A stretch of DNA of 41,739 nucleotides from positions 1-41,739 of IMG/VR virus record IMGVR_UViG_3300028413_000010; one strand, given 5' to 3'. The DNA comes from a virus (Duplodnaviria; Caudoviricetes). Below the pieces are notes generated by a model, which saw only the letters and a list, made by a program, of their open reading frames with translations, did no database searches and was not told where the DNA came from. Below are positions 1 through 8,180 of this stretch, piece after piece; within the stretch, counting starts at the first letter, position 1; every line of letters starts with the position of its first letter. A program made the translations under genes and the position numbers.

Positions 1-157
1 CGTCCGCATCATAGCTTAGGATAAAGGTATCGTACCACTGGTGTACGGCAATCTTGTGGCCTTCTAATGATTGTTGACCGGCAATCTCTGCCAACCATAT
101 TGAAATACTTGGCCAAAAAGTTTCTGGTTGGAACACTTTTTCTCTGTTGTTATGCAT
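1..157 (-). CDS. Small phage protein, 3'-truncated by the window edge (MHNNREKVFQPETFWPSISIWLAEIAGQQSLEGHKIAVHQWYDTFILSYDAD...)
   Basis: Translated manually. ATG at 157 follows an AT-rich leader and the frame is open to the edge. The W..F/YL.S..AD pattern is shared with the ORF at 1972-2106. Confidence 0.65.
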   Translation of the reverse strand, partial: MHNNREKVFQPETFWPSISIWLAEIAGQQSLEGHKIAVHQWYDTFILSYDAD

Positions 158-301
158 AATATATTATTTAAAAACACCCACCGCCAAGAACTGCATAACA
201 ACAGAGCGAATCGTGTAGATATAGGTCTCTCTCCTACTTTCTTGGGATGGGCTAAATTTTTAATATTTCTCAAACTCTTATTGTTATGCAAAGCAAACAT
301 A
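141..301 (-). ncRNA. Putative C4-like antisense/leader RNA controlling the downstream small gene
   Basis: TATGTTTG (-7 type) at 294-301. GCATAACAA occurs just after the promoter and again at the start codon. Its complement CTCTGTTGTTATGC lies within a stem closed by CCCATCCCAAGAA/TTCTTGGCGGTGGG. Confidence 0.5.
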
Positions 302-350
302 TAAAAAGGAAATTAGAAAAATGCGTTTGCATAAGAAGAAATTTGCAATG

Positions 351-410
351 TAGATCTATGTGTCTATAACGCAGTGATAGTAAGAGTTTCAATAGACTTT
401 ATTGTCTATT
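351..410. promoter_or_regulatory. Two putative repressor operators (TAGAC-N6-GTCTA family)
   Basis: TAGAT-ctatgt-GTCTA at 351-366 and AATAGAC-tttatt-GTCTATT at 391-410. The same motif occurs at 25441 and in the cI/cro interval. Confidence 0.6.
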
Positions 411-512
411 TTTTTTAACAATCAACAAATGGTGCGCGTTTAAAGAAAAAAATATTACATAACCGCGGTAATGAAAAACTTTTATGCGGCTAATTATTGC
501 AACAGATATTTA

Positions 513-689
513 TTACTGAAAAATAAGCGTCATGGTTCCTTCAGCAGCAAGATGCAATACAGATAGAACTATCCATATCCAAAAAGCCCATTCAACATAA
601 TTTCTTATAACCGACAAATCCTTTAGTGCCTTATTCTGTTTTTGATTTTTTCTGTATTTTTTTTGAGCCTTATCGGTATCTTCTTTCAT
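513..689 (-). CDS. 58-aa membrane protein (accessory)
   Basis: Manual translation MKEDTDKAQKKYRKNQKQNKALKDLSVIRNYVEWAFWIWIVLSVLHLAAEGTMTLIFQ: basic N-terminus plus one hydrophobic helix. Below the ORF-track cutoff. Confidence 0.6.
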   Translation of the reverse strand: MKEDTDKAQKKYRKNQKQNKALKDLSVIRNYVEWAFWIWIVLSVLHLAAEGTMTLIFQ

Positions 690-722
690 ACTTGTATAGG
701 TAATATTTATTAGAAATTTTAA

Positions 723-974
723 TTATTGCAAACGAGTTAAACCCGAAAAACCAATATCAATAAACCATTTAAGTACTAAATAACAAATGACCAGCCAAAA
801 AGACCAGGTTAATAAAGAAGCTATCCTTCGCACTTTTTTAGATATTATTCTCGTATAATATAATTGGTGCTGAGACAACTCTTTTTCGGTAAGCTCTAAA
901 ATCTCCTTTATTAGGTTGTCGTTTTCAACAATATGGCTGTCTTTATGATAATAAGTTTCTTCTGATAATTTCAT
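723..974 (-). CDS. Small membrane protein with C-terminal TM helix (accessory)
   Basis: ORF track 723-998. The likely start is ATG at 974 or 980. Hydrophobic segment LLTWSFWLVICYLVLKW. Confidence 0.65.
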   Translation of the reverse strand: MKLSEETYYHKDSHIVENDNLIKEILELTEKELSQHQLYYTRIISKKVRRIASLLTWSFWLVICYLVLKWFIDIGFSGLTRLQ

Positions 975-1010
975 TCTCATTAATTTTATAACAGCCAATA
1001 AGGCCGCTTT
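969..1010 (-). repeat. 42-bp hairpin + translation start module, copy 1
   Basis: 37/42 identical to 1927-1968. Confidence 0.85.
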
Positions 1011-1098
1011 TGGTTAAACGCATTAACTCACTTTAATTGCCCCAGTCATTGGAGTTAAATCCTCTTTTTTTGGGGTTGTTTTTTGGAATTATGATTTA

Positions 1099-1932
1099 TC
1101 ATTCTTCAAATAAAAACCGATATCCATCTAAAACATTTTTAAACCCTTGCTGTTCCCTTTTTGATATCTTCCTATCGTAATTGTAATTTTTTCCATGAAA
1201 TCTAACTTTTACATCCTTCCCATTTGCAATATGTTCCAACATAACCATATGACCATCTGACATTGGTCTACTTAGCCATTCCCATATTTTACCACCTGCA
1301 TTATCGGATTGAATTTCACCATATCTTTCCTCGTTTAAATCCCAAATTAAATCATCTACCATAATGGTATATGCTTCAATAAATAACCAATCATCAGCAA
1401 CGTATTGAATAGATAAATTTAATGTGGGCTTAAATCCCTCCTTTTTACCTATGCTAATATAAAATCCGTTCCTGTTAACATAACTTGGGGAGTTCTTATC
1501 AAAATAATAAGTCGTCTTAGTAAATTCATCATATTTACTTCTTAGTTTTCCTAGCGCCAATCTAATTTTCTTTTCTTCTCTGACTTTTTCAAGTCTGGCG
1601 CTTTCAATTTTGTTCTTTTCATTTATTTCAATAGCTTTCTGCGCTTTTCTCATGTAATCCATAGATGCCTTCTCTTCCTCTGAACCTGGATGCCTACTTT
1701 TTAATTGAGTGCTCAGATTTATTACTGCATTATAGTTTTGGTTTTCCATTTCTTTTAAAAGTTTGGCAAATATTTTAACTGCCCCATTTTCACAGTTATC
1801 TAATTCTGAATTTAAAGCAATAATCTGTTGCTCCAAATCCAACATTTTATCCGTTAACCTATCAAAACGAGATTGAGGAACACAGCCTAGATTAAAAGCT
1901 AAAAATAAAAATATTAATAAAGTATTTTTCAT
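1099..1932 (-). CDS. Lipoprotein with coiled-coil N-region (accessory/moron)
   Basis: MKNTLLIFLFLAFNLG-C lipobox, then a heptad-rich segment. Low GC. Start revised from 1956. Confidence 0.8.
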   Translation of the reverse strand: MKNTLLIFLFLAFNLGCVPQSRFDRLTDKMLDLEQQIIALNSELDNCENGAVKIFAKLLKEMENQNYNAVINLSTQLKSRHPGSEEEKASMDYMRKAQKAIEINEKNKIESARLEKVREEKKIRLALGKLRSKYDEFTKTTYYFDKNSPSYVNRNGFYISIGKKEGFKPTLNLSIQYVADDWLFIEAYTIMVDDLIWDLNEERYGEIQSDNAGGKIWEWLSRPMSDGHMVMLEHIANGKDVKVRFHGKNYNYDRKISKREQQGFKNVLDGYRFLFEE

Positions 1933-1968
1933 TCTCATTAATTTTAGAACGGCCACAAGGGCCGCTTT
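1927..1968 (-). repeat. 42-bp hairpin + translation start module, copy 2
   Basis: 37/42 identical to 969-1010. Confidence 0.85.
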
Positions 1969-1971
1969 AGT

Positions 1972-2150
1972 TTATACCATTTTTCTCAATTGCCTGTACA
2001 GCAAGTACACCGCTATACGTTGTTGCCGGTCATCTGCTTCATGGCTTTCCAAGTAGCCTTGCCACAAATTGTCCAAGGTTTTTTGCAGGTTCTCGCTGCT
2101 GTCCATAGACCTAAGGTCCGTTAGGCTCTCGCCCCACTTTTTTTACTCAT
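1972..2150 (-). pseudogene. Small phage gene frameshifted in an A7 tract (or a 44-aa CDS from ATG 2106)
   Basis: ATG at 2150 hits a stop after 9 codons. One extra A in the run at 2138-2144 would give a 59-aa ORF MSKKKWGESLTDLRSMDSSENLQKTLDNLWQGYLESHEADDRQQRIAVYLLYRQLRKMV. Confidence 0.5.
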
Positions 2151-2275
2151 AAGTTAATAATTAAAAGTTAAGCGATAGAAATTAATCGTTTTCAAAATAC
2201 AAAGCCCCAAATATCGGGGCTTTGTAACAGTTGGTCGTATGTACTTATAAGTGTAGCCTATCGCAAACCAATTTT

Positions 2276-2653
2276 CTATTTTATGTTCCTCATTTTTGCC
2301 TTTACGTCCTCGGTAAAACCAAAGGTTATGCGCCGTACAACATTGTTGGCATGGCCCCATAAAATGCGGTTGTGTATAGGATGGTTCTTTTTCTTTATAA
2401 CGCCGTCCTTGGTGCGGCGGCGCTTCATATCTATAAATCTGTGCTTGGCCAAATGTTCGTAGCTCATTACCGTATCAGATACGCTTATACTCCTGTTGGC
2501 ATACAGCTCCGGGCTACTAAAACCCGCACCGCTCATGCGCTTTGTCTGCGCCTGTAGTATGTTCTGCCCTTCTTCCTGCAATACCTGCCGTATGTAGCGG
2601 TTTTCCAGTACAATGGTGTCCTGTTGTCGCTGCCTTTTGTCCAGTCGGTTCAT
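2276..2653 (-). CDS. Putative neck/tail completion protein
   Basis: 125-aa basic ORF at the end of the head-tail connector operon. Assignment by synteny. Confidence 0.55.
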   Translation of the reverse strand: MNRLDKRQRQQDTIVLENRYIRQVLQEEGQNILQAQTKRMSGAGFSSPELYANRSISVSDTVMSYEHLAKHRFIDMKRRRTKDGVIKKKNHPIHNRILWGHANNVVRRITFGFTEDVKAKMRNIK

Positions 2654-2829
2654 TTTAAAGTAAGTTTATCGCATTTGTACAACAGCTCCAATTTCTTGGC
2701 GAAAGTGGTAGGACGCTGCCCCGGATTCTTATAGATGTACCTGAGTTTACGGTCTACGCCAACTTTTTCCATCTGCGCCACGTTCTGTATCAACTCGTTA
2801 AATATTTCGTTTACCTGTGCTTCTGTCAT
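2650..2829 (-). CDS. 59-aa hypothetical protein
   Basis: Manual translation MTEAQVNEIFNELIQ...KKLELLYKCDKLTLK. ATGA overlap with the next gene. Confidence 0.65.
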   Translation of the reverse strand: MTEAQVNEIFNELIQNVAQMEKVGVDRKLRYIYKNPGQRPTTFAKKLELLYKCDKLTLK

Positions 2830-2846
2830 GTCTGCAATTTACAGAC

Positions 2847-3305
2847 TTATTGGGGACTACGCAAATTTAAGCTCATCATATAGCCATTGGTACCCGCCTT
2901 GCCCCATACGGGTACTATTTGTATGCTGTTTTCCTCTAAATAATAAAACAGGTCACAACTTTGGGGATTTCGCATTTCCTCTACTACACGCGCCAATAGT
3001 TTTTGTGTGCCCTGAAGGGTTTCTTCCATATCGTCCAAAAGCATATCCATAGTCTGGTTGCTGCGCTGCGCCTTTTTTAAAATCAGAAAATCGAAACCGC
3101 TACGCATCATTAGGGCATCTTCTGTCCTGGTGTCCGCGGCATAATCTGGCAACACGCCATAGAGCAAAAGATTATCGGTATATTTTCTTTGCGAAATATC
3201 GTTCGTCATCTGGCTATCGTCTATAATGGCCTGCACAAAATTTATCTCGGCAATGTCATTTTTACAGATCGCCAGCCATTGGCGCATATCGTTGGGTGTG
3301 AACAT
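2847..3305 (-). CDS. Putative tail terminator protein
   Basis: 152 aa, acidic, with a C-terminal beta-rich pattern (IQIVPVW..TNGYMMSLNL). Synteny. Confidence 0.5.
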   Translation of the reverse strand: MFTPNDMRQWLAICKNDIAEINFVQAIIDDSQMTNDISQRKYTDNLLLYGVLPDYAADTRTEDALMMRSGFDFLILKKAQRSNQTMDMLLDDMEETLQGTQKLLARVVEEMRNPQSCDLFYYLEENSIQIVPVWGKAGTNGYMMSLNLRSPQ

Positions 3306-3307
3306 AG

Positions 3308-4147
3308 CTAGTTGTTTTCAAGTTTCTTTTGGCGCGCCTCATAGTCCTTGTCCCGCTTAACTATGTCGTACATTCTGAGCATTACTTCCCATAGGTTTTC
3401 TTTGCGTACCTGTTTTAAACTGCCAAATACGCCACTTTCTGCCAAGGTGTACATGGTGGATTTTAAACCTAGGCCGGGAAGGTCGCTCGTTGTCTCGGTG
3501 GCACCATCGCCATCGAACAAAACGGAAAGATCTAACTCTTTGGCATTGTAATAGATTTTTGAGCTTACCAGGTATTTCTGAAAGCTGGCAAAAAACAGAT
3601 AAAAACCGTACACTACACCAAAATCATAGTTTTTTAAGGCTTCTGCCAATTTTTCTACGGACTGCTTTTTTTTGACATAAAATGTGGCCATGAGCAGGTA
3701 AAGGAACTCTGGTTCTTTAGTGTTCGTATATTCTTGGAAGAAGTTAAGTCCGTCTACATACTGCCCAAAGGCCACATTATCAAAATTATCTTTAGGCCCT
3801 TGGTATTTTGTACTTACAAGGTTAATTACGGGGTTGTGGTTGTTGGTGTAATATTGCCTTAGTACGGGGGTGCCATCCATATCCTCAAAAAAATCGTCTA
3901 CCAAATGGCTAAGCTGGTATATATTGGCGGCTTTTTGATCCTGGACTTCCTTATCCTTGTTTACGACCGGTTTCATATTCAGCAAGGCATACAGGGCATG
4001 TACCCGAAAAGTGGAGTAGTCCAACTGGCCAGCATCCAACTTAAATAGCAAGTGCGCCATTTCACTATATTGGCGACCGTCGCACTCTGCCAAGGAACTA
4101 GGTAGGTAATATCTTTTTTTGGTATGTGGAATTTCCAAAGTGTTCAT
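3308..4147 (-). CDS. Conserved phage morphogenesis protein (possible tail assembly chaperone)
   Basis: 279-aa ORF in the structural operon with a C-terminal LAESGVFG motif. Confidence 0.5.
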   Translation of the reverse strand: MNTLEIPHTKKRYYLPSSLAECDGRQYSEMAHLLFKLDAGQLDYSTFRVHALYALLNMKPVVNKDKEVQDQKAANIYQLSHLVDDFFEDMDGTPVLRQYYTNNHNPVINLVSTKYQGPKDNFDNVAFGQYVDGLNFFQEYTNTKEPEFLYLLMATFYVKKKQSVEKLAEALKNYDFGVVYGFYLFFASFQKYLVSSKIYYNAKELDLSVLFDGDGATETTSDLPGLGLKSTMYTLAESGVFGSLKQVRKENLWEVMLRMYDIVKRDKDYEARQKKLENN

Positions 4148-4437
4148 ACGTTGTACTCTAAATTAGGTTTCAGGTATAAACCTACTTCTTTCATTTCCTT
4201 GCCGTATTTGTGATATACGGTGTCCAAGATTTCGCGCCTTAAACTTGCCGGTATGTATTTCGATTTTTCGTGCGATTTAAGCTTCAGCGATACGTGCGCC
4301 TCTATTTCTTTTTTTAATGCGCTGCGCTTTTTTATCCTATCATAAAAAGCCTTTTCCAGTTTGGCGTTTATGGGATTTATCTTTTTTCTGAAGAAATAAT
4401 CCGCGATTCGTTTAAGGAGTAGTTTGATGAGTTTCAT
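4144..4437 (-). CDS. Hypothetical basic protein
   Basis: 97-aa ORF with a 4-bp overlap with the downstream gene. Confidence 0.7.
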   Translation of the reverse strand: MKLIKLLLKRIADYFFRKKINPINAKLEKAFYDRIKKRSALKKEIEAHVSLKLKSHEKSKYIPASLRREILDTVYHKYGKEMKEVGLYLKPNLEYNV

Positions 4438-4447
4438 ATCTTAATTT

Positions 4448-5395
4448 TTAGGTAGTTACAAAGGAATCCGAACCGGTAAAACCAAAATTTTGGCTTTCTT
4501 CTTCGGTATCGCTATCGTTAGGAACTGGTGGTGGTGCCACTTCGTTCTCTATCTGTATGAATAAATCTTCGGCATCGTTTCTAAACTGCTGTGCCGCCCA
4601 GGCATACTCGTTCATGGTGGCGGGCATCTTTGCCTGTGTGGTGTTCTTGTCGCCCACATAGCGCTGCAATATGCCTTCTGGAAAAAGGGTGACCGTAAGC
4701 CTGCCGCTAAACGCCCATTGCAATGACCAGTACACGCATGCCATTTTTACCAGTTCCAACAAACGTTCCTTGCCTGTAGGGTTTTCCTTTAGCGATTGCA
4801 AAACCTCCCTGCCCACACGTGGCACGATCTGCATTTCCTCGCACTGCTTTAGTCCAGGCTGCAATTTCATCATCAATAATCTACTATTGTTGATGTCAAA
4901 ATAGTTCTGGAAATCTGCGGTCTTGCTTACCAAAAGTCGATTAAGGGACTTATACTCGTCTGTCTGTTTCCAATCATCGCTAGTTTCCAATATGGAAAGC
5001 ATGTGATCTAAAGATTGATAGTACATACGCTCCAAATTGGCATTGTCCCTGTCTATCATCCATTCAAAGGCCTGCTTCTCGTGCTCGTCTACACGCATAC
5101 GCCTACCGTTCTGGGTATGCGCCACATCCTTGCTAGGTACATATTGACGATATGCCTGTATGGCAATTGCATCCTGCATCGCCTCTATGTATGTCAATTG
5201 CGCATCGGTAGAATCGCCATGGTACAAATCGGCGTACTGGTCGTAGGTGGTAGCGCCAATTAAATCCCTGACCTCTATTGATGCGCTACGGATAAAGCGT
5301 ACCATATTCTCGTACACCACGCCCACATCTATAAAGCCTATATGCCTTACCAGCTCGTCGCTCCCGTTTTCGTCTTTATTGAATAATAGTTTCAT
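4448..5395 (-). CDS. Putative head-tail adaptor (DUF6712-like, internally duplicated helical fold)
   Basis: Directly follows the portal. The two halves show similar patterns (VRDLIGATTYDQ / IVPRVGREVLQS). Confidence 0.6.
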   Translation of the reverse strand: MKLLFNKDENGSDELVRHIGFIDVGVVYENMVRFIRSASIEVRDLIGATTYDQYADLYHGDSTDAQLTYIEAMQDAIAIQAYRQYVPSKDVAHTQNGRRMRVDEHEKQAFEWMIDRDNANLERMYYQSLDHMLSILETSDDWKQTDEYKSLNRLLVSKTADFQNYFDINNSRLLMMKLQPGLKQCEEMQIVPRVGREVLQSLKENPTGKERLLELVKMACVYWSLQWAFSGRLTVTLFPEGILQRYVGDKNTTQAKMPATMNEYAWAAQQFRNDAEDLFIQIENEVAPPPVPNDSDTEEESQNFGFTGSDSFVTT

Positions 5396-6753
5396 ACCGT
5401 ATTGATTGTTCTTTCCCCAGGGTTAACGTCTTCCTCTTTTTGTGGGGATATATGATAATAGCCCACCCTAAACTTTGTGCCCGGCCAGTTGGCGCGGATG
5501 GCCCAGTTCAATGCTTTTAGGGTCAACATCTCCGGTATGTCAATGCCTGTCTGTAGGTATTCTTTCATAGCGTATATCCTGTCGCTCCCGCTGTTACGGC
5601 TTGCCCCGTCCGACACATTGCCCAATACACTACCAATGCCTACACCGCTACTTACCGCATGATCGGAACGTTTGGATATCTCTAGTTGGGAATCTATAAA
5701 GCTCTTTATGTTATTGGGGAGCTCCTTTATTTCCCATCCATGCTCCAAGATGTTGGTACCATCTACCTCGAACTGTTTGGTGGTGTGCCAGAACTTACCT
5801 GTATTCTCGGCTGAGGACAATACCTTTGATATTTCCCTAAGAAAATTCTCCTTAAAGTCTATCAACATCGCTTCCTTATACGTAGTTCCACGCTTGGTGC
5901 AGGCGTCCTTAAGCTGATCGCGCTTATCGTCCCAAAATTTCTGGGGTGATATCACATGATATTTAATGTTCATGCTGTTCTTGCTCATTGCCTTCAGGAC
6001 AATAGGTATCGCTGTACTTCTGCGCAGCCATTCTAAAGAGCCATATATATCCGGAACAGTGTAGTACTCGGCACAAAAGCTGTACATGTTTGAATAGTAC
6101 ACACTATGCTTTGCGCTGAATGGAGAATTAAAATCAAATATTGGATAGACCTTTGGATTAAGGATAGCGTTGATCATCTCAAAATTCCAGTCCGTAACAA
6201 CACCGTGGGTAGGAACATTGTCCTTACTGGACATATAGGCGGCAAGCCTGGCACGATCGGTAGGTATATGCTCCAACTTACTTATCTTGGGACGCGATAC
6301 CCGCCCCGCCCTGCTCTGTACCATCTTAGACCACACACCTTCTATATAGGAGAAGTCCACCACACAGGCGGTCAAGTACTTTTCATAGTCCCATGAATCC
6401 AACCAGGACTGTATCTCATCGTTCTCCTGCCACTCGCGTACCAGTACATTATCCTTAAAGCTCTCTATGTATAGCTTAGGCCCCTTGCCCCACAACCATT
6501 GTGTCTTCTTCTTCATAAGACCAGGAGCTATGTAGTTGTTCTGAACTACATCCCTTATCTCCTTTGGTAACTGGTTATTGTTACCATAAGGAAATATTTT
6601 CATATCACCAAGATGGTAACGGTCGTTAGTCCAATCCAAACTGCCGCTGTCCAGTCTATAAGAATCAAATTCCCTTGGATTGTCCATTACATCAAAGCTA
6701 AATACATTTTTGCCGTCATCAACTACCGCACCGCTGCCTACATACTCTATCAT
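5392..6753 (-). CDS. Portal protein
   Basis: 453 aa with PYGNNNQLP, LWGKG, YYTVP and SGSD motifs typical of Bacteroidota phage portals. Lies downstream of the terminase. Confidence 0.85.
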   Translation of the reverse strand: MIEYVGSGAVVDDGKNVFSFDVMDNPREFDSYRLDSGSLDWTNDRYHLGDMKIFPYGNNNQLPKEIRDVVQNNYIAPGLMKKKTQWLWGKGPKLYIESFKDNVLVREWQENDEIQSWLDSWDYEKYLTACVVDFSYIEGVWSKMVQSRAGRVSRPKISKLEHIPTDRARLAAYMSSKDNVPTHGVVTDWNFEMINAILNPKVYPIFDFNSPFSAKHSVYYSNMYSFCAEYYTVPDIYGSLEWLRRSTAIPIVLKAMSKNSMNIKYHVISPQKFWDDKRDQLKDACTKRGTTYKEAMLIDFKENFLREISKVLSSAENTGKFWHTTKQFEVDGTNILEHGWEIKELPNNIKSFIDSQLEISKRSDHAVSSGVGIGSVLGNVSDGASRNSGSDRIYAMKEYLQTGIDIPEMLTLKALNWAIRANWPGTKFRVGYYHISPQKEEDVNPGERTINTV

Positions 6754-7028
6754 GGTCTTACTTTAATTGCATTAAACATTACCAATAGTGGCAAATAGAA
6801 CCACCTGTTGTCACCGTTAGGTTCGGTAGTGTAGCCTATAAGTATCTCGCTCTTATCCGAATGCTCTTGGCTCATTCCTGTACGAAGCAGTGCCCTATCC
6901 ACATTCTTTACGCCCCCACTAATACCCTTGCTTTCGTTGCATTTTATATATGAAAAACTAAAAGGAACATTGGCCTTGGTAAGCTGCCGCATCCGTTGTA
7001 TCGCATCATATAGGTTGATTGTATCCAA
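6750..7028 (-). CDS. Conserved small protein preceding the portal
   Basis: 92 aa with a TTG start. Overlaps the portal start. Confidence 0.7.
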   Translation of the reverse strand: MDTINLYDAIQRMRQLTKANVPFSFSYIKCNESKGISGGVKNVDRALLRTGMSQEHSDKSEILIGYTTEPNGDNRWFYLPLLVMFNAIKVRP

Positions 7029-7042
7029 GCTATTCTTTTATG

Positions 7043-7082
7043 CAATTGTACTACCGATAAGGTAATAGCCTTGTAACATGCC
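7043..7082 (-). promoter_or_regulatory. Putative late promoter (GGCATGTTACA-N26-TTG)
   Basis: Same motif and spacing as at 12502, 16574 and 25398. Confidence 0.7.
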
Positions 7083-7398
7083 AAGCGGTGGGCGTGGCTC
7101 ATATTTCTCGTGAATCGGTCGCCTGCAATCGCAAACTAAGATCTCAGCGGGTCGGGGTTTTCTTTCACACAAAACAACCTTTAAACCTTATTCCATAGGT
7201 TTAAAGGCTGATTTTGTGAAAGTTATGTTTTTACACTTCGTTTTGTGGGTGGGGAATTGTGCCTTTTTTTAGTTTAATACTTACTATTTAGAATCATTAT
7301 AATTATTGTATGTATTAGCGTTTTATTTGTTAAATTGTCTGTTTTTTGTAGACATTTTTTGTATCTTAGAGTATTATTAATCAATACTTTATAAAGTT

Positions 7399-7779
7399 AT
7401 GAGTACAAGTAAGACAAGTGCAACGAGCAAGGTTGAAAGCAAAAATGCAACCGCAAAAAATCCTGTACAAGTGCAGAAAAGCGCCACCAAAGTGGATGAC
7501 ATTTTAAACCCCTCCGCAAGTGGGAGAATCCGCAAATTGGAAAACTTCCAGATCTTGGCAAAAAAACACGAGTTTTTGCAGGAAAAACGCAACAGCCTAG
7601 ACCGCTTTATTATTTCTAGCGATGGCACGAAGGAAAAAGTGATTTTAAAAAATTCGGAGGGCTACATATTCGAGGTGTCCAATTCCCAAGTATTAGAGGA
7701 AGTTTTAGGAGTACTGCAGAGAAATTTGGAAACCTTTATATCCAAATCCGAAAAAGAGGTTTTGGCCTTTGAAATCTAA
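7399..7779 (+). CDS. Hypothetical protein, counter-oriented insert between terminase and portal
   Basis: 126-aa ORF with an AT-rich upstream region. Confidence 0.8.
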   Translation: MSTSKTSATSKVESKNATAKNPVQVQKSATKVDDILNPSASGRIRKLENFQILAKKHEFLQEKRNSLDRFIISSDGTKEKVILKNSEGYIFEVSNSQVLEEVLGVLQRNLETFISKSEKEVLAFEI

Positions 7780-7790
7780 TACTAACAAAA

Positions 7791-7818
7791 TGCGCCCAGC
7801 TTGACGGAGCCGGGCGCA
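7791..7818 (+). terminator. GC-rich hairpin after the 126-aa gene
   Basis: TGCGCCCAGCT...AGCCGGGCGCA stem. No U-tract on the + strand. Confidence 0.35.
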
Positions 7819-7839
7819 AAAGTAACATCCATTACAATT

Positions 7840-8022
7840 ATGACAAACGCAATAGACAAGGGCAAAACTAACCCTTTTTTACTATCCGAGCAAGTACGGG
7901 GCATACTACAGGAAAAAGGTTTTCTAATGGACACACTAAGGAACACACCGCCGACAAAAATCTATAACATCAACCCAAAATGGGCGCAACTTAAAAGCCC
8001 ACACCTTATAATACATCATTAA
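7840..8022 (+). CDS. Small hypothetical protein, possibly a remnant
   Basis: ATG at 7840 within track ORF 7801-8022. Confidence 0.45.
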   Translation: MTNAIDKGKTNPFLLSEQVRGILQEKGFLMDTLRNTPPTKIYNINPKWAQLKSPHLIIHH

Positions 8023-8180
8023 AACACTAGCAAGGGGAGGAATTTTGAAGTTAAGGCTTTTGAGGAGTACCCCTATAAAAAAAACCTGAAAACGCCTACG
8101 ACACGACAAGGTGCGGAATTCTCAAAAATTTCGCCCTTGCGGGCGTGCGACCGAAGCTTTGGGCTTCTTTTTAAAACCTC

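Noticed and set aside
64-300. 78-aa ORF in the ORF track
   Set aside because: Its start lies within the promoter-like TATGTTTG, it crosses a structured leader, and it overlaps a better ORF starting at 157. A leader-peptide role is not excluded.
3308-4437. Programmed -1 frameshift for a tail chaperone pair
   Set aside because: The ORFs have their own ATG starts with ATGA coupling, and no convincing slippery site was seen at the junction.
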